64,000 nucleotides of DNA from an uncultured bacterium (GTDB lineage Bacteria > Verrucomicrobiota > Kiritimatiellia > RFP12 > UBA1067): contig CADCGZ010000028.1 of assembly GCA_902801025.1 (NCBI GenBank), positions 2,264-66,263 on the forward strand, written 5' to 3'. Both the position numbers and the translations under genes were made by a program. Below the pieces are notes generated by a model, which made no database searches, had not been told where the DNA came from, and saw only the letters and a list, made by a program, of their open reading frames with translations. Shown here one piece after another: positions 39,145 to 48,585 of the stretch. Position 1 is the first letter of the stretch. The number at the start of each line of letters is the position of its first letter.

Positions 39145-42100
39145 ATGAAAAAGATGCTCCTTCCTTTTCTGGCCATTGTGGCCGTATTCTTTTGCTTCGC
39201 CGACGACGGCGAGAATCGTACTTCACCGGACGGGTTGAAGGTCCTGATGATCGGGAACAGCTTCTCGATCAGCTGCACGCGGCAGCTGCCGCTGGTCGCC
39301 GAGGCGAACGGGCACAAGCTCGACCTCGCCTCGCTCTATATCGGCGGATGCTCGCTCGAGCGCCACTGGCGGAACGTCGAGGCCGCCGCGACGAACGCGA
39401 CGTTCAAGCCCTACCGGTTCGACAGGTTTGTGGAAGGGCGGTGCGTCGTCGAGAAGGGTGCGGCGAACATCCCGGACGCGCTCGCGATGGACAAGTGGGA
39501 TGTCGTGACGCTCCAGCAGGCGAGCCACTTCAGCTGGGATCCAGCGACCTACCATCCGTGGGGCGACAATCTTGTCGCGAAGATCCGCGAGCTTGCGCCG
39601 CAGGCGAAGATCGTCGTGCAGGAGACGTGGAGCTATCCTCCGTGGGACAAGCGGCTCAAGAAGTTTGGCTTCGACCAGGTCGAGATGTATGCGCGCCTGC
39701 ACGACGCATACGCCGCCTTCGCGAAGAAGTACGGATTCGGCATAATCCCCGTCGGCACCGCGGCGGAGATATGCGCCGACCGCAACTCGCTCTTCACGAA
39801 GCCAGACTTCCATTTCAACCACGAGGAGGGCGAGTACCTCCAGGCGCTTGTCTGGGACGCTGCTATTTTCGGATTCAAAATCAACCAGTCGTGCGATTAC
39901 AGGCCGGAGGGCATGTCCGAAGCGAGGGCGGACGAACTGATGACGGCGGCAATTCTCGCGAACATTCATCGGCTTGGCGACGGCAAGGCCATGTCCGTCG
40001 ACCGCGCCTTCCGCGACGCGCGTGTGACGCGTGGCAACACCAACATCCTCCGCGTCCAGCCGATAGACGAGGCGTCGTGGGTGTGGCATCCAGGCGTGGG
40101 CGAGCCGAAAGCCGGAACGACTGATTTCTGGGACGGCGAGAGACACGGCAACCTGGTCGACGCGGGCTTGACGATACTCAAGTTCCGTAAGTCGTTCGAT
40201 GTCGCAGACGGCGACGGGACGCTTGTCTTCGATGTCTCGGCCGACGAGAGGTTCGTCCTGTTCCTCGATGGCAAGTTCGTTGCCCGCGGACCGAATCGCG
40301 GAACCGTGGAGAACTGGCAGTACCAGACATATATTGCCACGGACCTTAAGCCGGGGCGCCATATCTTCGAGGCGTATGTCCAACGGCTTGGCGACTTTGC
40401 GCCTCTTGCTCAGCTTTCGTATCGCGGCGGATTTGTCTTCAAGGCGAACGGCGCGTATGACGCTAAGCTGACGACAGGCAAGGCCGATTGGGAGGTAGGG
40501 CTTGTTCCCGGTGTCCGCTCCATTGGCAAGGCCGCTGGCGCGTGGGGCACGGGCTCGCAGTTCGAGATTGTTGGATGTGGGCCTTATTCTGGCGAGCCGA
40601 CGGAATGGAAGAAGTCCGTCATTGTGCGTGGCGCCGCAGGGTCAAAAGGGCCGCGGATCTATGGTGGACGGACGAGCGGCTGGATGCTTTTCCCGTCGCA
40701 GATTCCCGATCAGACTGAATATCCATGTGTCCCAGGGCACGTCAAGGCGGTTGCGAAGGGCGCCGAGTTCCGCAGTCAGCATGTATACACTGAGGACGAG
40801 GCGAAGGAGACGGTTGACCTAACTAAGCCGTTCACCGTTCCCGCGAACACGAAGATGCAGCTCGCATGGGATCTCGGGCGCTACTACTGCGCATATCCAG
40901 ATGTCGTTCTCTCCGGCGGCAAGGGGGCAAAGTTCGCGATCTGCTTCGCTGAGGCATCGCATCGTGGCGACAATCACCTCAAGACAAGCGAGCCGAATGC
41001 ACGCGACTTGATCGTCGGTCGCTATCTTCCCGCGTTCGGCGATACGTTTGTGAGCGACGGACGGAAGGACGCAAAGTTTTCCGCGCCGTGGTTCCGCTGC
41101 GGAAAGTGGGTTCGCATCGACATCGAGACGAAGGACGAGCCGCTGACGGTCGACGCCGTAGGGCTCGTCGAAAGCCGCTATCCCGTCGAGATGGAGAGCG
41201 TCTTTTCGTCGCCCGACGATCCGTCGCTCGGCGCCATACGCGACATATCGGCGCGCGCGATGCAGATGTGCTGCCACGAAATGCTTTTCGACTGCCCGTT
41301 CTACGAACAGCAGATGTATCCGGGCGACACGCGCGTCCAGCTGAACGTCCTTTCGGCGATGTCGCGCGACGACCGCATCGTCAAGCGCGCGATCGAGATA
41401 TACGACCTCAATACGCGCGACGACGGGCAGTGTCCGTTCAACTTCCCGACGCGCGGTACGCAGGAGGGCGCGAGCTACACGCTTTGCTATCTTCTTATGT
41501 ACGGCGACTACGTGATGAACCATGCCGACCGCGAATGGCTGAGGGCGCGTCTCCCTGGCTTAAGGAAGTCGATGGCGGGAATGGAATACTACGAGAACAA
41601 GGACGGCCTTCTCGAGGATATCCCCGGGTGGAACTTCATGGACTGGGTCGTTGGCTGGGATGGCGACGGAACCGCGCCCGGCTGCCGGTTCGGCGACGGC
41701 GTGAACGCGGAACTCAATCTCTATTGGAACCTTGCGATGCGTTCCGCTGCCGCAGTTGAGCGCGCGCTTGGCAACGAGTTGCAGGCGAAATACTGGGAAG
41801 AGAAGTCGGACAAGCTCAAGCAGGCGGTTGTCAAGACGTTCTGGGACGAGAAGCGCGGCATTTTCGCCGACACGCCTGCGAAGAAGGATTTCTCGGAACA
41901 CGCTCAGGCGCTTGCGCTTCTTGGCGACGTCCTCCCTGCGGGCAAGGCCGAGACGACGTTCCGGCATCTCGTCGATGACAAGGACCTCAAGCGCTGCACC
42001 GTGTATTTCTCTTACTACCTCTTCGAGACATATTTCAAGTTCGGGCGCGGCGACCTTTTCTTGAAGCGCCTCGACCTCTGGCGCGACTACGTCAAGAAGG

Positions 42101-42441
42101 GGCTTACGACGACGCAGGAAGCACCCGATTCCGGAAAGAACGGGCAGAACGAGTCGAGGAGCGACTGCCACGCTTGGGGCGCGCATCCGATCTGGTTCAT
42201 GCAGACGGGGCTTGCGGGCATCAAGCCGGCCGCGCCATTCTTTGCGAAGGTCCGCGTCGCGCCGTGCCCGGGAGGGCTTAAGTCGCTCAAGGCGACGCAT
42301 CCCCACCCAAAGGGCTGGATCGAGGTCGACCTCAAGTTCGACGGCGACAAGGCGACGGGAACGGTTGTCACGCCTGTTCCGGGGACATTTGAGTTTGGCG
42401 GAAAGACGGTCGAGCTGAAGGCGGGAATCAACGCCCTGTGA
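39145..42441 (+). CDS. Fusion protein: N-terminal DUF4886 (SGNH-hydrolase-like) domain plus C-terminal alpha-L-rhamnosidase-like (GH78 six-hairpin) domain
   Basis: LMIGNSFS...VVTLQQASHFS (DUF4886/SGNH); GH78-like C-terminal half (MCCHEMLFDCPFYEQQMYPGD, SDCHAWGAHP). Confidence 0.65.
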   Translation: MKKMLLPFLAIVAVFFCFADDGENRTSPDGLKVLMIGNSFSISCTRQLPLVAEANGHKLDLASLYIGGCSLERHWRNVEAAATNATFKPYRFDRFVEGRCVVEKGAANIPDALAMDKWDVVTLQQASHFSWDPATYHPWGDNLVAKIRELAPQAKIVVQETWSYPPWDKRLKKFGFDQVEMYARLHDAYAAFAKKYGFGIIPVGTAAEICADRNSLFTKPDFHFNHEEGEYLQALVWDAAIFGFKINQSCDYRPEGMSEARADELMTAAILANIHRLGDGKAMSVDRAFRDARVTRGNTNILRVQPIDEASWVWHPGVGEPKAGTTDFWDGERHGNLVDAGLTILKFRKSFDVADGDGTLVFDVSADERFVLFLDGKFVARGPNRGTVENWQYQTYIATDLKPGRHIFEAYVQRLGDFAPLAQLSYRGGFVFKANGAYDAKLTTGKADWEVGLVPGVRSIGKAAGAWGTGSQFEIVGCGPYSGEPTEWKKSVIVRGAAGSKGPRIYGGRTSGWMLFPSQIPDQTEYPCVPGHVKAVAKGAEFRSQHVYTEDEAKETVDLTKPFTVPANTKMQLAWDLGRYYCAYPDVVLSGGKGAKFAICFAEASHRGDNHLKTSEPNARDLIVGRYLPAFGDTFVSDGRKDAKFSAPWFRCGKWVRIDIETKDEPLTVDAVGLVESRYPVEMESVFSSPDDPSLGAIRDISARAMQMCCHEMLFDCPFYEQQMYPGDTRVQLNVLSAMSRDDRIVKRAIEIYDLNTRDDGQCPFNFPTRGTQEGASYTLCYLLMYGDYVMNHADREWLRARLPGLRKSMAGMEYYENKDGLLEDIPGWNFMDWVVGWDGDGTAPGCRFGDGVNAELNLYWNLAMRSAAAVERALGNELQAKYWEEKSDKLKQAVVKTFWDEKRGIFADTPAKKDFSEHAQALALLGDVLPAGKAETTFRHLVDDKDLKRCTVYFSYYLFETYFKFGRGDLFLKRLDLWRDYVKKGLTTTQEAPDSGKNGQNESRSDCHAWGAHPIWFMQTGLAGIKPAAPFFAKVRVAPCPGGLKSLKATHPHPKGWIEVDLKFDGDKATGTVVTPVPGTFEFGGKTVELKAGINAL

Positions 42442-42464
42442 CGGTTCCAAACCCGCCGAATTTT

Positions 42465-42473
42465 TGGTAAAAT
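42465..42473 (+). promoter_or_regulatory. Extended -10-like box TGGTAAAAT 7 nt upstream of the SMC-like ATG (leaderless)
   Basis: gaatttttggtaaaatatccccaATG. Confidence 0.4.
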
Positions 42474-42480
42474 ATCCCCA

Positions 42481-44874
42481 ATGTATCTAAAGCAGCTCGA
42501 CATAGTCGGATTTAAGAGTTTCGCCGACAAGACGAAGCTCACCTTCGATCCTGGCCTTATCGCCATCGTGGGTCCGAATGGCTGCGGCAAATCCAACGTC
42601 TCCGATGCGATCCGCTGGGTGCTTGGCGAGCAGCGTCCTACGGCGCTCAGGTGCTCGAAGCTCGTTGATGTCGTCTTCAACGGCACCGACACGAGAAAGC
42701 CCCTTGGCCTTGCGGAAGTAACGATCACCTTTGCGGACTGCGAGAAGGAGCTTGGCACCGACTACCACGAGGTGACGATACAGCGCCGCGTCTATCGCGA
42801 CGGCTCGGGCGAATATTTCCTAAACAAGCAGCCGTGCCGTCTCAGGGACATCCAGCACCTCCTGATGGGCACCGGCATCGGCACGTCGTCCTACTCCGTC
42901 ATGGCCCAGGGCCAGATCGACGCGATTCTCTCTTCAAAGCCGGAGGACCGCCGCGGCGTGTTCGAGGAAGCGGCTGGGATCACGAAGTTCAAGGCCGACC
43001 GCAAGGAGGCCCTGAGGAAGATCGAGCAGACCGAGCAGAACCTGCTGCGCGAAGCCGACGTCCTCAAGGAGATGAAGCGCCAGATCGGCTCTCTCCAGCG
43101 TCAGGTCGGCAAGGCGAAGAAGTACAAGGAACTTCACGACGAGCTGCGCGTCCTCGATATCTACGTTTCTCGGCAGAAGATCAAGGCCTTCGACGAGGAG
43201 CTTGTTCAGAACGCGTCGAACAGGCGCGACATCGACAAGTCGATTGAAGAAGCGTCTGGTGCCGTGGCCGAGGCGGAGCGCGGACAGCAGGAACTTCACG
43301 CCCAGGTACACGAGCTCGAGGAGCGTCTCCAGTCGCTCGCGTCACGCCAGGCGGCGGCGGACAACGCCTACAGCCGCGCCAACGAAGTCATCGGCGTGAA
43401 CGCGCAGCGCATCGAGGAGTACGGCCAGTTCGCGGAGCGCGACGAGCGCGAGATAGCCGACGCAAAGGCGCAGCTCGAGGAAATCGCGATGCAGGTCGAT
43501 TCCCTCGACCAGAAGACGCGTCTTCTTACCGAGTCGCTTGCCACGGCGAAGGATGCGCTCGCCGAGAGCGAGGCCGCGTTTTCCGAGATTCAGGCGAAGA
43601 TCGACGAGAAGCGCAGCGACGTACAGCGCCGCAGGCACGAAATCGCGAACACTACGCTTACGGGCATTCTCGCGGAGGACGCTAAAGTCTCGCGCGAGGG
43701 CAAGACTGAGACTTGGCCCGCCGGCACAAAGGTCACGACGGCCGACAGGCGCGAGATACTCATGGCCGAGATCGCTGCGAGCGAGGACGAACTGCGGACG
43801 CTTGAAGTCTCCACGATGTCGGTTTCCCAGCAGCTCACGGAGCGTCGTATCGCGACGAGCCAGATGGAGCAGGAACTTTCGTTCGTCGGCCAGCAGAACG
43901 ATTCTGCGCGCCGTCGCCGCGACGAGCTGCAGAGGGCGGTCGACGGGCGTCTCGAGGGCATACAGCGCTATCATGACTCCATAGCGCGTCTCAAGGAGGA
44001 GTCGGGCGATCTTCTCGGACAGCTCGAGGAACTGAAGGCCGCGGCTGCGGACTGCCGCGCCGAGATGGAAGACGAGCGAGCCCGTCGCCAGACGATGTTC
44101 GAGAGGATTGCCGAAGTCGACCGCGACGTAGCGGCGAAGCGCGCCGAGCTCGACCGTGCGCGCGACTTCAGGGGCAAACTCGAAGTCGCCGCAGCAGAGG
44201 CGACGATGCGCCGCCAGAACATCTACGACCACCTTCAGGACGAATACGGCCTATTTGCCGACGCGGTCCTGCGCGAGCCCGACCCCAAGTGGGAGGACGG
44301 CGTGGAGCCGCCGCATGCAGAGCTCGAGGCCAAGGTGGCGCGGCTCCAGTCCGAAATCGCCGCGCTCGGGCCGGTCAACATGGTTGCAATCGACGAGTGC
44401 CGCGAGCTCGAGGAACGCTATGCGAAGGAGAAGGCCCAGGAAGAGGACCTCTTGGCGGCGAAGGCGCAGATACTTTCGCTCATCGACAACCTGAACCTCA
44501 CGTCGAGCGAGATGTTCAAGAAGACGTTCGAGCAGGCGAACGCCAACTTCCAGACGATGTTCACGCGGCTTTTCGGCGGCGGCGAGGCGCGGCTCGTGCT
44601 TTTGGACAACGAGGAGGACCCGCTTGAATGCGGCATCGACATCATTGCGCGTCCTCCGGGCAAGCGTCCGCAGAGCGTGACGCTGCTTTCCGGCGGCGAA
44701 CGCACGATGACGGCCGTCGCGCTTCTCTTCTCGATCTTCATGATCAAGCCCGCGCCGTTCTGCATGCTCGACGAGCTCGACGCCGCGCTTGACGATGCGA
44801 ACATCGGCAGGTTCCGTCAGCCGCGTAATCTCCATGAAGCTCAGCGACCTCGGCGCAGGTGCAGGCAAGAAGAA
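42481..44874 (+). CDS. smc: SMC-family chromosome segregation ATPase, atypically short (~798 aa): no recognisable hinge, C-terminus truncated after Walker B, and continuous in frame with lpxB in this sequence
   Basis: N-terminal head (GPNGCGKSN, FEEAAGITKFK), long coiled coil, signature LSGGERTM and Walker B LDELDAALD. Then only ~20 residues before the lpxB Met; the H-loop (QFIVITH) is missing. A -1/+1 alternative frame would terminate at a TGA overlapping the lpxB ATG. Confidence 0.6.
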
Positions 44875-45978
44875 ATGAAGCTGCTCGTTCTCGCCGGTGA
44901 GGAGTCGGGTGTCCACTACGCGGAGCGGATATCTGCGGCAGTCCGCACGCGCCGCCCCGATGTGGAGATACGCGGCTATTCCGACTACGGGTTCAAGACC
45001 GCCGACCTCGCGGTGTTCGGGATATGGGCGGTCTTGAGGCGGATATTCTTCTTTCTCAGGGTGAAGCGCACGATGGTTCGTGCTATCGACGAGTGGAAGC
45101 CAGATGTCGTCTGCACGATAGACTATCCCGGCATGAACCTGAAGCTCGCGGCCTACGCTAAGTCGAAGGGCATCAAGGCGGTTCACGTAGTCTGTCCGCA
45201 GGTCTGGGCTTGGCACCAGGGCCGCATACCGCGCATAGAACGCTCTCTAGACAAGATCTGCTGCTTTTTCCCGTTTGAACCGGCGATATTCCGCCCTGGG
45301 CTCGCCGAGTTCGTCGGCCATCCTCTCGCGCAGGAATTTGAAGGCGGTGCGAACGGCGGCGAGGGGAGGCGCGAGAAGGGTCTTGTTGCGCTACTCCCCG
45401 GTTCGCGTCTCGGCGAGATCGAAAAGCACCTCCCGACGCTTCTTGAGGCAGTCGCGACGCTTGAGGGGATTCGCGTTGCGATTCCTGCCGCGAACGAACG
45501 CGCACGTGCCGCGATTGAAAGAATCGTGGCCAATTTCAAAACCAAGCTTTCAACTTTAAACTTTAAACTTTCAACTCTAACTGTCCAGTCGGGTGGCGCA
45601 CGCGAACTTCTTCGCCGTGCCGATGTCGCTGCAGTGGCGAGCGGAACGGCGACGCTTGAGGCCGCGCTTGCCCGTTGCCCGACTGTTCTCGTCTACAAGG
45701 TAGGTCCCATTCTCGCAGCGTTCCTGCGACGCGCGATAAACGGCGTGAAGCATGTCGGGCTTGCGAACATCATCGCCGAGAAGTCTGGCGCGGAATGTCC
45801 GATGCCAGAGCTCCTTCAGGAGAATTTCACCGTCGAGGCCGTGCGCGGCTATCTTGAACGCTGGCTGGGCGACCCTGCGTCGCGAGCGGAAGCGGCAAAG
45901 AAGCTCGACAAGACGCTTGAAATGCTCGAGAGTAGCGGCGACGCCTACGCTCGCATTGCCGATGCGCTACTGGCGTAA
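44875..45978 (+). CDS. lpxB: Lipid-A-disaccharide synthase LpxB, with an in-frame family F repeat insertion
   Basis: [12 protein letters not shown]..., [21 protein letters not shown] motifs; insertion at 45530-45592. Confidence 0.8.
   Translation: MKLLVLAGEESGVHYAERISAAVRTRRPDVEIRGYSDYGFKTADLAVFGIWAVLRRIFFFLRVKRTMVRAIDEWKPDVVCTIDYPGMNLKLAAYAKSKGIKAVHVVCPQVWAWHQGRIPRIERSLDKICCFFPFEPAIFRPGLAEFVGHPLAQEFEGGANGGEGRREKGLVALLPGSRLGEIEKHLPTLLEAVATLEGIRVAIPAANERARAAIERIVANFKTKLSTLNFKLSTLTVQSGGARELLRRADVAAVASGTATLEAALARCPTVLVYKVGPILAAFLRRAINGVKHVGLANIIAEKSGAECPMPELLQENFTVEAVRGYLERWLGDPASRAEAAKKLDKTLEMLESSGDAYARIADALLA
45530..45592 (+). repeat. Family F tandem repeat (ctttcaact / ctttaaact units) in frame in lpxB
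   Basis: aatttcaaaaccaagctttcaactttaaactttaaactttcaactctaactg. Confidence 0.65.
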
Positions 45979-45992
45979 AAGGAGTGCTAAAT

Positions 45993-46934
45993 ATGGAACT
46001 GGTAAAGAAAATAAAGGCGAAGGCGCGGGAGAGCGTCAAGCGCATTGTGCTGCCTGAGGGCGACGAGCCGCGCACGGTTGCGGCGGCGAAGATCATTCGT
46101 GACGAGGGGATTGCGGAGCCGATCTTGCTTACGAAGGATTTTATCGAAGCTCCTTCCAACAAGCCAAAGCTTGACGCCTATGCCGCGGCACTCTATGAAC
46201 TTCGCAAGGCGAAGGGGCTTACTGAGGATGCGGCGGCAAAGCTTGCGACGGATCCGATGTACTATGGCATGATGATGGTCAAGCTTGGCGACGCCGACGG
46301 GCTTGTCTCCGGCGCAGTGCATTCGACTGGCGACATGCTGCGGCCGGCGCTACAGATAATAAAGACTGCGCCCGGTATGAAGCTCGTCTCGTCGAGCTTC
46401 CTCATGGAGTGTCCAAACCGGGAGATTGGCGAAGACGGGCTTCTCGTCTATGCCGACTGCGTGGTGAATCCCTGCCCGAATGCCGAGGAGCTCGCCAATA
46501 TCGCCGTTGCCACAGCCGAAACGGCTCGTAAGCTCTGCGGCATTGCAGAGCCGCGCGTCGCGATGCTATCTTTTTCCACGAAGGGCAGCGCGAACCATGC
46601 GCTCGTCGATAAGGTGCAGGAGGCGACGCGTATCGCCCGCGAGCTCGCGCCAGATCTTGCTCTCGACGGCGAATTACAGTTTGACGCGGCGCTCGTTCCA
46701 GCAGTTGCCGCGCAGAAGGCCCCTGGGAGCCCTGTCGCCGGACGTGCGAACGTGCTCGTCTTTCCGGACCTCCAGGCGGGCAACATCGGCTACAAGATCA
46801 CGCAGCGTCTCGGAGGCGCGAAGTGTTTCGCCGTCCTGCAGGGACTCGCGATGCCGTGCAACGACCTCTCGCGCGGATGCTCTGTCGACGACATCGTGAA
46901 CACTGTCGCCGCTACTGCCGTCCAGGCAGGGTAA
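45993..46934 (+). CDS. Phosphate acetyl/butyryl-transferase family protein (PTA_PTB)
   Basis: C-terminal catalytic domain motifs ([25 protein letters not shown]). RBS aaaggag 9 nt upstream of ATG 45993; the ORF track uses GTG 45984. Confidence 0.7.
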   Translation: MELVKKIKAKARESVKRIVLPEGDEPRTVAAAKIIRDEGIAEPILLTKDFIEAPSNKPKLDAYAAALYELRKAKGLTEDAAAKLATDPMYYGMMMVKLGDADGLVSGAVHSTGDMLRPALQIIKTAPGMKLVSSSFLMECPNREIGEDGLLVYADCVVNPCPNAEELANIAVATAETARKLCGIAEPRVAMLSFSTKGSANHALVDKVQEATRIARELAPDLALDGELQFDAALVPAVAAQKAPGSPVAGRANVLVFPDLQAGNIGYKITQRLGGAKCFAVLQGLAMPCNDLSRGCSVDDIVNTVAATAVQAG

Positions 46935-46974
46935 GACGATCAAGTCGGGGTGGCATTGACTAACGACCGCAAAA

Positions 46975-46985
46975 TGCGGTATAAT
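46975..46985 (+). promoter_or_regulatory. -10 region TGcGGTATAAT upstream of secG, with RBS aaaggaaag
   Basis: atgcggtataatatcacttcataagcgaaaggaaagcaaaATG. Confidence 0.4.
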
Positions 46986-47013
46986 ATCACTTCATAAGCG
47001 AAAGGAAAGCAAA

Positions 47014-47487
47014 ATGTCTATTCTCATCGGTTTTCTCTATGTAGTCGAAGTCCTGGTCTGCATCCTTCTGGCGATGGTCGTTATGCTCCAGAAGCCGAAA
47101 GAGGGCGGCCTTGGCGGTGCGTTCGGCGGCGGCATGCTCGAGGCGTCTCTCGGTGCCGATGCGGGCAACGTCCTGATCCGCACGACGGCGATCCTCGGCG
47201 CGATTTTCCTTCTTAACACGCTCGTTCTCGCGCGTCTTACCTCGACCGTCCACTCCCGCAGCCTGATGGCGCGCGAGGCGGAGCCTGCGGCCGAGACCGC
47301 GCCCGCGCTTCCCGCGGCTCCCGAGCTTCCTGCGGTTCCCGAAGTGCCCGCTGCTGCGCCCCAGGCGCCTGCAGCACCCGCGCCCGCTGCCCCTGCAGCT
47401 GCTCCCGCGCCCGCTCCTGCGGCGCCGGCTCCTGCTGCCCCTGCGGCGCCGGCTCCTGCGGCTCCTGCCGCGCCTGAAGCTAAGTGA
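47014..47487 (+). CDS. secG: Preprotein translocase subunit SecG with a low-complexity Ala/Pro-rich C-terminal tail
   Basis: Two TM helices and the LGGAFGGG glycine-rich SecG motif; tail of (A/P) repeats encoded by tandem DNA repeats at 47290-47470. Confidence 0.8.
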   Translation: MSILIGFLYVVEVLVCILLAMVVMLQKPKEGGLGGAFGGGMLEASLGADAGNVLIRTTAILGAIFLLNTLVLARLTSTVHSRSLMAREAEPAAETAPALPAAPELPAVPEVPAAAPQAPAAPAPAAPAAAPAPAPAAPAPAAPAAPAPAAPAAPEAK

Positions 47488-47495
47488 GGTGCACG

Positions 47496-48539
47496 ATGAA
47501 GGTCCTCGTCACAGGCGGTTCGGGCTTTCTCGGCATCAATCTCATTCGTTTCCTCCGCACCAAGGGTGTGGAGGAAATTCGCGTCCTCGACATAGCCGAC
47601 TTCGACTATCCAGAGAAGTCTGAGCCGTGGCTCAAGTTCACACTTGGCGACGTGCGCGACATTCCGGCGGTCGAGAAGTGCGTCGAGGGCTGCGATATTG
47701 TCGTTCACTGCGCTGCGGCGCTTCCGCTTTACTCCGAGAAAGATATCTTCACGACCGAGGTTGACGGCTGCCGCAACGTCCTCGCCGCGTGCCGCAAGTT
47801 CGGCTGCGACAGGATGGTGCAGATTTCGTCTACCGCCGTCTACGGCGTTCCGAAAAAGCACCCGATCTACGAGACCGATCCGCTGATTGGCGTCGGACCA
47901 TACGGACAGGCCAAGATCGACGCCGAGGAAATCTGCCGCGCGGCGATCAAGGAAGGGTACTGCGTCTCGATAATCCGTCCGAAGAGTTTCATCGGCCCCG
48001 AGCGCCTTGGCGTTTTCGCGCTCTTCTACGACTGGGCGTACACCGGCCACGGCTTCCCGATGATCGGCAGCGGCAACAACCGCTATCAGCTGATGGACGT
48101 CGACGACCTCGACCATGCGATCTGGAACGCGATGACTTATCCGAAGGACAAGGTCTCGACCGAGTTCAACATCGGCGCGAAGGAGTTCACGACGATGAAG
48201 GAGGACTACCAAGCTGTCCTCGACCATGCGGGGCACGGTAAGAAGATTCGCGGCACTCCTGTGAAGCCGATAGTCTTCATCCTTCGCATACTCGAAAAAT
48301 TGCACCTCTCGCCGCTCTATCCGTGGGTCTACGAGACGGCCTCCACCGACTCGTTCGTCTCAATCGAGAAGGCCGAGAAGATACTCGACTTCAAGCCCCA
48401 GCACTCAAACAAGCAGGCGCTTATCCGCAACTACGACTGGTACGTCGAGCACCTCTCGGAGTTCCAGGGCAAGTCTGGCGTCTCCCACCGTGTTCCGTGG
48501 AAGCAGGGACTTCTCGCCGTCGCGAAGTGGTTCTTCTGA
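47496..48539 (+). CDS. NAD-dependent epimerase/dehydratase (extended SDR family)
   Basis: Rossmann GxxGxxG (VTGGSGFLG) and Y-x3-K region. ATG 47496 is preferred over GTG 47484, which overlaps the secG stop. Confidence 0.7.
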   Translation: MKVLVTGGSGFLGINLIRFLRTKGVEEIRVLDIADFDYPEKSEPWLKFTLGDVRDIPAVEKCVEGCDIVVHCAAALPLYSEKDIFTTEVDGCRNVLAACRKFGCDRMVQISSTAVYGVPKKHPIYETDPLIGVGPYGQAKIDAEEICRAAIKEGYCVSIIRPKSFIGPERLGVFALFYDWAYTGHGFPMIGSGNNRYQLMDVDDLDHAIWNAMTYPKDKVSTEFNIGAKEFTTMKEDYQAVLDHAGHGKKIRGTPVKPIVFILRILEKLHLSPLYPWVYETASTDSFVSIEKAEKILDFKPQHSNKQALIRNYDWYVEHLSEFQGKSGVSHRVPWKQGLLAVAKWFF

Positions 48540-48585
48540 TACTCGCCACGCATTTCCCTTCCTAGGCGACCGTTCCAGCCGGAAA

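Noticed and set aside
44800-44880. Programmed ribosomal frameshift joining SMC and LpxB
   Set aside because: No slippery heptamer or downstream structure is evident. A genomic deletion/fusion or a 1-nt assembly error is more parsimonious.
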